Shown here: piece by piece, positions 19,165 through 28,200 of the stretch
Numbering within the stretch: position 1 is the first letter of the stretch
Layout: every line of letters begins with the position of its first letter
Origin: Minisyncoccota bacterium
Lineage (GTDB): Bacteria > Patescibacteriota > Minisyncoccia > Phycocordibacterales > UBA2100
Reading direction: 5' to 3'
Assembly: GCA_035500505.1 (NCBI GenBank)
Contig: DATJXE010000004.1
Span: forward strand, 50,230-114,229
Length of the DNA stretch: 64,000 bases
Position numbers and translations under genes: made by a program
The notes under the pieces: generated by a model
What the model was told of the DNA's origin: nothing
The model's database searches: none
What the model saw: the letters and a program-made list of their open reading frames with translations, nothing else

Positions 19165-21123
19165 CTAGGCCCCTAGTTCCTGAAGCTTTTCAAGGTACTT
19201 GAGCACGGTGTGCGCGTAGGTCGCGTGGGCCCAGGTCAGGGGACTTGCGCAGACCTCCTCGCCAGTTTGTGGATTGAGCTGCTCTGAAAGGACGCCGGAG
19301 CTTGCCGCGTGGCGGCTCACCCACGAAAAGATGTCGCGCGCGCGGTCGAGGTCGTGCGGATTCCTCGCGTTGGCGATGAGGTATTCGGCGTACCAAAGGG
19401 TCGTGATGATCCAGGGGTTGCCTGTCGAAGGCCCGGGAACACGGTAGTAATCGTCGTTCTCGAAGCGGGCGATGCCTCCCGTCTGGATGCCTTCGCTCAG
19501 GCGCCGCACCGTTTCGTCCCAGGCGCGCGAAAGGCGAACGTCGTCGGCCGGCAGAACGCCGAACGAAAAGACGCCATAGACGCTCGCAATGTTCACCGTG
19601 CGGTCGACCGATACCTCGCCTTCCTTGCGCAGTATCATGTCGAGAAAAAGTCCGGCGCCCTCGTCCCACAGGTGCGTGAGGATGGCATCGCGGACTTCAC
19701 GCGCGGCTTCCCTGTAACGGGCCTCGTTCTCGCTCTTGCCGAGTATTTTGGAGAGGTCGGCGGCCGCGACGAGCCCCCCGTAGACCGTGCATGAGGTGTA
19801 GGTCGACGTGCCGCGCTTGCGCTCCCAGAGATCGTAGGACGGCTGGGGCAATTTCGTTTCGGGATCGCGATAGTCCACAAGAAAGTTCGCCGCCTTCTCG
19901 ACGAGCGGGTTGTACATGTCTTCCAGAAATTCAAGATCGCGGCTCCGTTTGTAATGCTCGCGCATCGCCCACACGACGAGCGCGGTCTCATCTTCTTGGA
20001 TGGGCAATTGGAACTGTCCGTTCTGTATCCACGGATGCCAGGAAGAGCCGAGCGATTTGTCGGGCAGATACTTGTGCATGAAGTAGCCTTCGTCGGTGAT
20101 GGTGTCGCGGCAGAATTCAAAAAAACGCTTCGCGACGTTGGTGTCGCCCGCGTGGTCGAGCGCAGCCGCAGTGTACGCGCTGTCTCTTGGCCAAACATAG
20201 GAATACGTATCGAGGCCGTACTGGAGCATGTCGGAGTCGACGGAGGCGATGATGCCGCCGCCCTGGTCGACGTGCGCGCGCACGTACATGAGAGAGCGTT
20301 TGAAGAGCGCGATGTGTTCGGGCGAGAGGTTCTTGAAATCCCATTCGTATGCATTGACCCACGCCTTCCAGAAATCGCTCGCCGTTTGGATGAGATGTTC
20401 GGGGGTCTTTTTGAGGATGTACCGGCTCAATTCCTGCGCCTCGTGGATGGACTTCCCTGCCGCTATCCAGTAGTAGCAGGTCTTCGATTGTCCTGCCGCG
20501 TAGGCGCTGTAGAGCCCAATGACGGAGTCAGCGGGGCCGTGTTCTATCGGATTTTTGCTCAAAACGCCGTCCTCTGCGTCCTTGTGCGTTCCCTCCTTGC
20601 CCTGGAAATTATCGCGACCGGTCGCGTAGTCGTCGAACGGCGTCCCTTCCAGGGTTCCCCCCATGAGAAAGACGCGCTGCCCCTTGTAGTGGATGATTGA
20701 ATGCGTGATGGGGTCGAAATAGGCGGTGTCGGAGCCGTGGGATTTGTATATCTCGAACTGGTGGGCGAAATAGAGCTTCACATCCCGCGCGGCGCCCTGA
20801 TTCGTGACCTTGATGCGCCGCAGAAAAATGGGTTGCTCGTTGTAGACGATGTCGGTAAAGGACAATTCCACCTGCAAGCGCGGATGTCGCGCGACGATGG
20901 CGGAAGCGAGCGCCTCTTCTTCGCACGAAACAGTGACGTCCCACGCCGGATCGTCGGAAAGCCAGCTCAATTGCCCGTCGACCCAAATGCCGATGCGGTG
21001 GATGTAGTGCCCTCGCACGTGATCTTCGAGCCCAACATGCGGATAGTAGATGTCGCGCACGGACGCTTTGTTATCCAGCGCCACGCACAACCCGCCGTTG
21101 GAAAGAACAATGGAGCGTGACAT
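19165..21123 (-). CDS. Glycoside hydrolase family 15 (glucoamylase-like)
   Basis: GGIIAS, YSYVWPRD, QEDET, DLWE, LSEQ..PLTWAHA. Confidence 0.92.
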   Translation of the reverse strand: MSRSIVLSNGGLCVALDNKASVRDIYYPHVGLEDHVRGHYIHRIGIWVDGQLSWLSDDPAWDVTVSCEEEALASAIVARHPRLQVELSFTDIVYNEQPIFLRRIKVTNQGAARDVKLYFAHQFEIYKSHGSDTAYFDPITHSIIHYKGQRVFLMGGTLEGTPFDDYATGRDNFQGKEGTHKDAEDGVLSKNPIEHGPADSVIGLYSAYAAGQSKTCYYWIAAGKSIHEAQELSRYILKKTPEHLIQTASDFWKAWVNAYEWDFKNLSPEHIALFKRSLMYVRAHVDQGGGIIASVDSDMLQYGLDTYSYVWPRDSAYTAAALDHAGDTNVAKRFFEFCRDTITDEGYFMHKYLPDKSLGSSWHPWIQNGQFQLPIQEDETALVVWAMREHYKRSRDLEFLEDMYNPLVEKAANFLVDYRDPETKLPQPSYDLWERKRGTSTYTSCTVYGGLVAAADLSKILGKSENEARYREAAREVRDAILTHLWDEGAGLFLDMILRKEGEVSVDRTVNIASVYGVFSFGVLPADDVRLSRAWDETVRRLSEGIQTGGIARFENDDYYRVPGPSTGNPWIITTLWYAEYLIANARNPHDLDRARDIFSWVSRHAASSGVLSEQLNPQTGEEVCASPLTWAHATYAHTVLKYLEKLQELGA

Positions 21124-21127
21124 ATGG

Positions 21128-22324
21128 TCAGCCGGCGCGCTTGTCGAGACGAAGTTTGAGGTCCTGCAGCGCGTTCATGTAGGCGATGTGCGCGTCGTAG
21201 GGCGATTCGTAAGGAGAGAAATACGCGTGAACATCGCCGTCGTTGAACCATTTCGTGCACATGTAGTAGAAGTGGTCGGAGGTCTGCAGGCGACGCCAGT
21301 CTTCGAGCAACTTCAGATCGTTGGCGAGCAGTATCTTTTCTTCGAGCTCATAGATCGCCTCGAGCGCGGCGCGCTGCATCGGGTTCCCCGTCCACGCCGT
21401 GAGGTCGCGGTCGGTGTCGGCCCATGTTACGGCGTGCGGCATGTCCACTTCGTCGCGCGCGTCGTAGGACGCGATGACTTCTGATGGTGTTTTGAAATCG
21501 ATACCGGGATTCTTGGCGAGTTCTTCGGGCAACTTTTCCAAAAAGTGGAAGATGCCGGTGTCTTCCCACTGGTGCTCGCCGAACGTTTCGTAATCCATGA
21601 AAAGATTCACGACGTCCCCTTCCGCGACCCCGAGCCACTGCGCGAATTTCTCCGCCGTGAGCGGCCACTCGCTCCACGAGCGCGACGAAAATCGGAATGC
21701 AACGTCGTCGGAGAGGCGGTAATTTTTCAAAAGCAGTCTGGCGTTCTGCGAGCCTTTTGGTTTGTACACGTAATTCGGACTCCTCCAACCGAGTATCGGG
21801 TCCCACCCTTCCGCGAGCACTCCTGCATAGCCGTTTTTGTCCGCCCACTCGCCAAGGTCGTTGCGATACGAAAGTTCGGTGTTACGAAAAACGCGCGGCC
21901 ACACGCCGAAGAGCCGGCGAATGGTCTCGCGGTGTTTTCCAACCTGGCGCTCGAATTCCGACGGCGAGTAGAAGAACGCGAGCGAGTGGTAGTAGGTCTC
22001 CCCCAAGATCTCTACCCTGCCTGTGTTGACGAGCTCCTTGAAAAGTCCGATGACCTCCGGCACATACTGCTCGAGTTGCTCCAGAGCGACCCCCGAGAAG
22101 GAGAACGAAACTCGCATTTCCGGGTGCCGTTTGAGAAGCTCTATCAGGAGCTTGGTCGCCGGAATATAGCTCTTTTGAGCCACTTTTTGGACGATGCGGC
22201 GATTGTTTAGGTTGCCTTCACCGCGATCGTTGAAGTATTCGGCGTCATTGCCAATATCAAATACGCGATAGTTCTTTACCCGATAGGGCTGGTGTATTTG
22301 GAAATAGAAACATACCGATTTCAT
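21128..22324 (-). CDS. Glycoside hydrolase family 57 (alpha-amylase-like)
   Basis: FQIHQP, ETYYHSL, RNTEL, MDYETFGEHQW, QTSDHFYYM. Confidence 0.93.
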   Translation of the reverse strand: MKSVCFYFQIHQPYRVKNYRVFDIGNDAEYFNDRGEGNLNNRRIVQKVAQKSYIPATKLLIELLKRHPEMRVSFSFSGVALEQLEQYVPEVIGLFKELVNTGRVEILGETYYHSLAFFYSPSEFERQVGKHRETIRRLFGVWPRVFRNTELSYRNDLGEWADKNGYAGVLAEGWDPILGWRSPNYVYKPKGSQNARLLLKNYRLSDDVAFRFSSRSWSEWPLTAEKFAQWLGVAEGDVVNLFMDYETFGEHQWEDTGIFHFLEKLPEELAKNPGIDFKTPSEVIASYDARDEVDMPHAVTWADTDRDLTAWTGNPMQRAALEAIYELEEKILLANDLKLLEDWRRLQTSDHFYYMCTKWFNDGDVHAYFSPYESPYDAHIAYMNALQDLKLRLDKRAG

Positions 22325-22337
22325 ACGGTTCTTTCGC

Positions 22338-23558
22338 TCATTGTACACCTGAAAGGAGCGTTTCTTGCAGCACGTTCTCCACTTTTCCGGCCGCGTCCTC
22401 CCAGGTGAGGTTCGCGACCTCGCGGCGGCCGTTCTCGGAGAGCGATTGTCGGAGTCCCTTGTGCCTGACGACGCCCAATATCTTGTTGGTCATCTCGTCG
22501 ACGTCCCAAAAATCGACTTTGAGCGCGTGCTTGACCGCCTCCGCCACACCCGACTGTTTTGAAACGAGCACGGGCGCGCCGGTCTTCATCGCTTCGAGCG
22601 CCGTGATGCCGAACGGTTCCGAGACGGAGGGCATGATGAAGAGATCCGCGGCGGCGTACACTTCGTGCCGGTCCGAGCCGGAGAGGAATCCCGTAAACAG
22701 CACGCGGTCGGAAATGCCGAGCTGCGCGGCGAGGTCCATCATTTGCCGTTCCATGTCGCCGGAACCGGACAAGAGGAAGACGACTTTCGGGTCGCGCATG
22801 AGGACCGACTTGGCGGCGCGCAAAAAATAATCCGGTCCCTTTTGGAGCGTGATGCGTCCGAGAAAGAGCACGATGGAGTAGCCGGATGCCTTGAGCGACG
22901 ACAGTCGCAAACGGCTCGCGGCACCGTGCGGCTGCGTCGCCTCGTCGATGCCGTTGTGAATGACTTTTATTTTCCAATCCGGAATGCCGTAGTGACGAGT
23001 GATGATGTCCTTGGTGTACTGCGAGACCGCGATGACGCGATCGGCCGCTTCCATCCCCTCTTTTTCTATGTCGTACACGTCTTTGTTGACGCCCAACGGG
23101 CCGCCACAGCGATCGAACTCGGTCGCGTGCACGTGCACGATGAGCGGTTTGCCGGAAACTCTCTTCGCTTCGACGCCCGCGCCGAACGAAAGCCAGTCGT
23201 GCGCGTAGATGACATCGAATTGCTCTTCTTTCGCTATCTGACCGCCGAGGAGCGCGTAGCGGCGCACCTCACTCAAGAGATCGCGGCCGTAGATACCGAT
23301 GTCGTGCAACGCACGCGCGTAGCCATTGCCCGTAACATAGGGCTTCAGGGTCGAGTTGACGACGCGAGTCTCAAGTTCCGTATCCGCAAACACGAAACGC
23401 GCCCAAGACGCGTTGACGTCGAGCTTCTTTGGCATCACGAAGATGATGTCGATGCCCCGCGCCGCCATAGCCCGCGTGAGTCCTTGGCAGGCGACCCCTA
23501 AACCCCCGCTATTGTGAGGCGGGAATTCCCATCCGAACATCAAGACGCGGGTTTTCAT
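22338..23558 (-). CDS. GT4 glycosyltransferase (glycogen synthase-like)
   Basis: GWEFPP..SGGLG, AHDW, HVHATE, PSVSEPFGITALEA. Confidence 0.92.
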   Translation of the reverse strand: MKTRVLMFGWEFPPHNSGGLGVACQGLTRAMAARGIDIIFVMPKKLDVNASWARFVFADTELETRVVNSTLKPYVTGNGYARALHDIGIYGRDLLSEVRRYALLGGQIAKEEQFDVIYAHDWLSFGAGVEAKRVSGKPLIVHVHATEFDRCGGPLGVNKDVYDIEKEGMEAADRVIAVSQYTKDIITRHYGIPDWKIKVIHNGIDEATQPHGAASRLRLSSLKASGYSIVLFLGRITLQKGPDYFLRAAKSVLMRDPKVVFLLSGSGDMERQMMDLAAQLGISDRVLFTGFLSGSDRHEVYAAADLFIMPSVSEPFGITALEAMKTGAPVLVSKQSGVAEAVKHALKVDFWDVDEMTNKILGVVRHKGLRQSLSENGRREVANLTWEDAAGKVENVLQETLLSGVQ

Positions 23559-23596
23559 CCGATAAAAGTGACCGTATTGTCAATAGTACCACGTTC

Positions 23597-23629
23597 TGTG
23601 GATAATTCTGTGGAGAAATGTGTGGAAAA
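23597..23629 (-). promoter_or_regulatory. Three tandem DnaA-box-like 9-mers, 12-bp period
   Basis: TGTGGATAA (23597, perfect), TGTGGAGAA (23609), TGTGGAAAA (23621). Confidence 0.6.
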
Positions 23630-23675
23630 GCCTTACTTTTCGCCCAAAAGGCGACATTCGTGCTACCCTCTAACG

Positions 23676-24437
23676 ATGGAATGCCCGAAAGTGGCCCTTT
23701 TTGACCTCGACAACACCCTGGCGGAGCCATTTCGACCCGTTTCGGATGCGATAGCGGAGGCCTTTGGGCGCCTGATAACGACTCTTCCCATCTCGATCAT
23801 GACGGCGGCAAGTCTGGAACGCATACAGGTGGAAGTCCTCTCCCGGCTTTCCGGCGACACCGACTTCTCTCGCCTGACCCTGTTCACCTCGAATGCGGGC
23901 CAATCGTTCGCGTTCGACGTCGACCACTGGCAGGAGCAATACCACTTTGAATTTACGGACGCGCAGCTCCAGCAAATACGTGCCGCGATAGAGGAAGCGA
24001 TTCGCGAGACCAACGCGCTTGCGAACACGAAGGTGTATGGCGAGCAGTTCATCGATTACCGAGGTTACTTCGCGTTCACCGCGCTCGGCATCGGCGCGCC
24101 TGTCGCGGAGCGCAGAGCTTGGGACCCGGATTTTTCGAGACGCCGAAAGCTTCAGGCAACCGTCGCGCGGAAACTTCCGGAATTCGACGTGTACATTGGC
24201 GGTTCCACTTCAATTGACGTGACCTTGAAAGGTATCAGCAAAGCGTACGGCATCGAATGGCTCTCGAAACGCCTGAATATGGCGCCTGCCGACATGCTCT
24301 ACGTCGGCGACGCGCTCTACGAAGGCGGGAACGATTTCGTGGTCATCAAAACCGGCGTCCGGACGAAAGCGACGAGCGGGCCGGAAGAGACCCTCGGTAT
24401 CATCAACCAACTCATCGCCGCGTGCGCGGTGAAATGA
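23676..24437 (+). CDS. HAD-IIB family hydrolase (eukaryote-type PMM-like)
   Basis: FDLDNTL, GGSTSIDVT, KAYG, YVGDALYEGGND. Confidence 0.85.
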   Translation: MECPKVALFDLDNTLAEPFRPVSDAIAEAFGRLITTLPISIMTAASLERIQVEVLSRLSGDTDFSRLTLFTSNAGQSFAFDVDHWQEQYHFEFTDAQLQQIRAAIEEAIRETNALANTKVYGEQFIDYRGYFAFTALGIGAPVAERRAWDPDFSRRRKLQATVARKLPEFDVYIGGSTSIDVTLKGISKAYGIEWLSKRLNMAPADMLYVGDALYEGGNDFVVIKTGVRTKATSGPEETLGIINQLIAACAVK

Positions 24438-24466
24438 GAAGCGGCGACCATTCGGTCGCCGCTTCT
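24437..24466. terminator. Hairpin terminator between convergent genes
   Basis: AGAAGCGGCGACC-ATTC-GGTCGCCGCTTCT. Confidence 0.7.
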
Positions 24467-24492
24467 TTCCCCTTTCGGTTACGTAAGACGGT

Positions 24493-25260
24493 TTATCGTC
24501 TGCGGGCCCAGTACCAGTATCCGCCGCCCAGGATGATCAGGACGAGGACGAGCCACCAGTACCACGCGACTCCGGCAAGTCCCGCCGCAGCGGCCTGATT
24601 CGATGCCGAGTTGTTGGTCGCCGCGACCTCCGGCGCGGCTACTGCCGCGGTCTGATCTGAAGTGAATACATTGTCGTTCGTGCTGCTCGAGCTGTTCACC
24701 GCAGCCGTGTTCGTGTTCGAAGATTGTGTCGTCGCGACCGTCGTTTTCTTCGTGGTCGAGGCGGTCGTCGGGGTCGTCGCCGGCTTCGGAGCCGTCACCG
24801 TTATCGAGAGCGAGCCCTGGGTCCCGGAAACTTCGTTCGTGTTGTTCTGATCGAGCAAGACGGACGCGTTGGTCGCCGAGACGGTCGCCGTGCCCGGCGC
24901 GACAGCCGTGAACGTGATGGTGCCGAGCGCCGTCGGCGCGGTGAAGCCGCCCGGATACCCGCCGGTCTTCACGAGCGCGCCGCCCGTGTTGTCGGTCGAG
25001 TTATACGAGCTCTGCGTCACCGGCATCCAGTTGGTCGCGAACGTGAAGTTCGTCACCTGAAGAACACCCGGCGTGAACGAAAGGTGCGCGCTCGCCGTGT
25101 AGATGGCCGAGCTCCCCGGGGTGGCGATGACCTGCACGGTCACTGTCTGGCCGGTCGTTACGGATGTCTGCGAGGACGTCAGCTGGAAGGACGCCGCGAG
25201 CGCGAGCGAGGGCAGCATCAGAGCCGCCGTCGCGAGAAGAGTCGTTGTTATTTTGTTCAT
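24493..25260 (-). CDS. Cohesin-like domain protein with Thr-rich linker and C-terminal membrane anchor
   Basis: Signal peptide; beta-sandwich pattern GQTVTVQV..LSF.PGVLQV..LGTITF.A.APGTATV; S/T linker; TM helix plus RRR. Confidence 0.7.
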   Translation of the reverse strand: MNKITTTLLATAALMLPSLALAASFQLTSSQTSVTTGQTVTVQVIATPGSSAIYTASAHLSFTPGVLQVTNFTFATNWMPVTQSSYNSTDNTGGALVKTGGYPGGFTAPTALGTITFTAVAPGTATVSATNASVLLDQNNTNEVSGTQGSLSITVTAPKPATTPTTASTTKKTTVATTQSSNTNTAAVNSSSSTNDNVFTSDQTAAVAAPEVAATNNSASNQAAAAGLAGVAWYWWLVLVLIILGGGYWYWARRR

Positions 25261-25261
25261 A

Positions 25262-28200
25262 CTAAGAGGTCCAGTGGACCATGAAGCTGTTAAAGTCGAT
25301 AAGGTCTACCGTGCCGTCGCTGTTGAAGTCGCCCGGGACGCTGAACCCTGTCTTCCCGAAGTTGGTCATCAGGAGGTTGAAGTCGAGGAGATCCACCTTG
25401 CCGTCCTTGTTGAGGTCGTACTGCGAATACGTGCTGATCGAACCGCCACCGCCTCCCCCGCCTGGGCTGCCACCTCCGCTCGAAGGTGCGGGAGCGCTTT
25501 CAGTGATGACGCTCACCTCTGCCCCAGCCGTCTCAGGCGAGCCGTGCGAGATGGGGCGGAAGTAGTACGTTGTGCCGGACGAGAGTCCGCTGATGGTTAC
25601 CGAGTGGCTCGTGACCATCGGCGAGTCGTCGGTCTCGACGGTCGTGTTGGGGTAGCCGTAGTTGTCGTCACCGCCCGCTTTCGCCTCGGTCGAGGAAGCG
25701 TCGGAAACCGAGCTCGTGCCCCACACGACGCGGCTCGAAGCCGGGTGCGAGGTTGTCCACGTGATGGTGACGCTGTCATCCGTCGGGCTCACGCCCTGCT
25801 CCGCCGAGAGCGCGAGGTCGGAGACGATGACGGTGCGGGTTGCTTGCGTTGCAATATTCCCTGCTGCGTCGGTCGCGTCGTACGTGATCGTGTACGTACC
25901 CGCCACTGCCGGGTCGGGAACCGTATCACCGCCGACAACTACCACGACTGACGAATCTACGTTGTCGGTCGCAGTTGTTCCCGGATCGACGAATGTTGAA
26001 CCGGTCGGGATGTGCATCGTAGCATCACCGTTAAGCGTGATAACAGGAGCTTCAAGGTCTTTAACGTTGACCGTGCGTGTTACTGGTGTCGCCACGTTGC
26101 CTGCTGCGTCGGTGGCGGTGTAGGTAACGGTGTAGCTGCCGAGCGTGCCTACGTCGACTGCGCTCGTGTCAGCATTGACCGCCACGCTGGTGTCGACGTT
26201 GTCGCTCGCTGTGGCACCGAGGTCAACGTACGGAGTGTTGATGTTGATGTCGGTCGGGTTCGCACCAGTGACCGTGATAACCGGTGCGGTTGTGTCGATG
26301 AGAAGTGTCGTATTCACCGTTGCCGTGTTCGTCAGAGGGTCGGTCGCCGTCACCACGACTGGAAGGTCGCCTTCAGGAAGTGCGTCAGGGATCGTCACAC
26401 TCCAGGAACCATCGCCCGCGACAGTGGCCGGGTAATCAGTGCCATTTACGTGGACATTTATTGTCGCATCGGCATCGGTCGTACCACTGATGGTCGGCGT
26501 GTTCGGTGTCGTCGGGGCGACCGTGAGGCTCGGCGCGTTGTGGTCGTACGTCACAGAGAACTGCGCCGCGGCGGTGTTCTCATTGTCGGCCGCATCGGTC
26601 GCGGCTCCTGCGGCGATATCAGCCGTTACATCAAGGGGGCCGTCATTGTCCGGAGTGATAGTGAAGGTGTAGTGGGAGCCGTCAACCGCAGTGAAGTCGC
26701 CCAGTGTGCCGTTCGCTACGACCACGTCCGAGGAATCAAACCCCGTAACGTCTTCTGAGAAGACGACGCTGACTGGGATCGGCGACGCGTTCGTCGGGCT
26801 TGATACTGTCGAAGACATCGCGACACTCGGGTCAGTCTTGTCGATGCTGAAGGACAGCGATTGTGTGCTGTTGTTCCCTACATCGTCGGTCGCCGATATG
26901 TCGAAGGAATGCGAGCCTTCAGAGAAACCTGAGACGTCTATCGGCGAGGATGGGCACGCTGCGGGTGTGCCGCCGTCGAAATCGCACTCGACATCGGACG
27001 CGCCGGTAACGTCGTAGACCACCTGCGCGCCCCCGACGGTCGCGGCGTTGAGCACATCACTCGGCTGTACGGAAGCAGTAATGACAGGCGCATCGGCGTC
27101 AACATCGAACGAGTTCGAAGTTACTGAAGTCGTGTTGTTGCCCTGGTCGGTAGCGCTGACGGTCACTGTGTGCGAACCAGTCGAAAGTGTGGGGGCGAAA
27201 GTCGTGCCACTCGTGCACGGGCCAGGTGTTTGGTCATCGACTGCGCAAGTGAGCGTCAATGGTGTCGCATCCGTGGCACTAAAGGTAATCGTCGGGTTCG
27301 CATTCGTCGGACCGTTTACTGGATCGATCGTTACCGACGGTGCAACGGTGTCCTGTACGGTGACCGTGCGGGTCGTTGTGGTCGCGTTGCCGCTCAAATC
27401 TTGAGCGTTGTACGTAACGGTGTAATCCCCTACCGCCCCGGTGTTGACGGACGTCGCAGAGTCGTTTGTTGCGACAAGTCCGGTGTCGTAGTTGTCAGTG
27501 ACGGTCGTCCCTGGATCGGTATACGTCGCACCAGCTTCGATGACGTACGGGTTGTCGCCGATGAGTGTGATCGAAGGTTCCTGGGTGTCGACCACGTGTA
27601 CGGTGCGTGTCACCTGAAGAGCCGCGTTGCTGCTTGAGTCGGAGACATCGTACGTGACTGTGTAGTCGCCTATGACTGCCGTGTTGACCGGATTGTTAGT
27701 GACGATCGAAGCCGTAAGGTCGCCGTCGTAGTTGTCCGAAGCCGTCGCACCAGCGTCGGTGTAGGTCGAACCAACCTCAAGCGTCACGTTAGCGTCGCCG
27801 AGGAGCGTGATGACAGGTTTTGTCGTATCAACGACGTGCACCGTTCGGCTAGTCGAAGTCGAGTTGAGCGCGGAGTCTTCAGAAGTGTATGTAACGACAT
27901 ACGTTCCCAAGTGTTCGCTGTCGACGGTGTCACCTCCAATGACAACCGAGGAGGTGAGGTCTCCATCAACTGCGTCTATGGACGAGTAGCCGGGCTCAAC
28001 GAACGGCGTGTGAACTTCGAGCGTGAGCGGGTTGTCGCCGGAGAGAGTGATGACCGGAGCTGTGTCCTGTACCGTCACCGTGAACGTGGTCGGGGTCGCG
28101 TTGTTGGCACTCGAGTCGGGACCGGCGTTGCAGGTCACTACTGTATCGCCGATCGAGAAGGGTGAGCCTGAAGTCGGAGTGCAGTTGGCGACGAGCGTGT

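Noticed and set aside
25830-28070. Repeated DNA segments in the giant gene as DGR template/variable repeats
   Set aside because: They are diverged DUF5011-type domain repeats; no reverse transcriptase and no adenine-specific pattern seen
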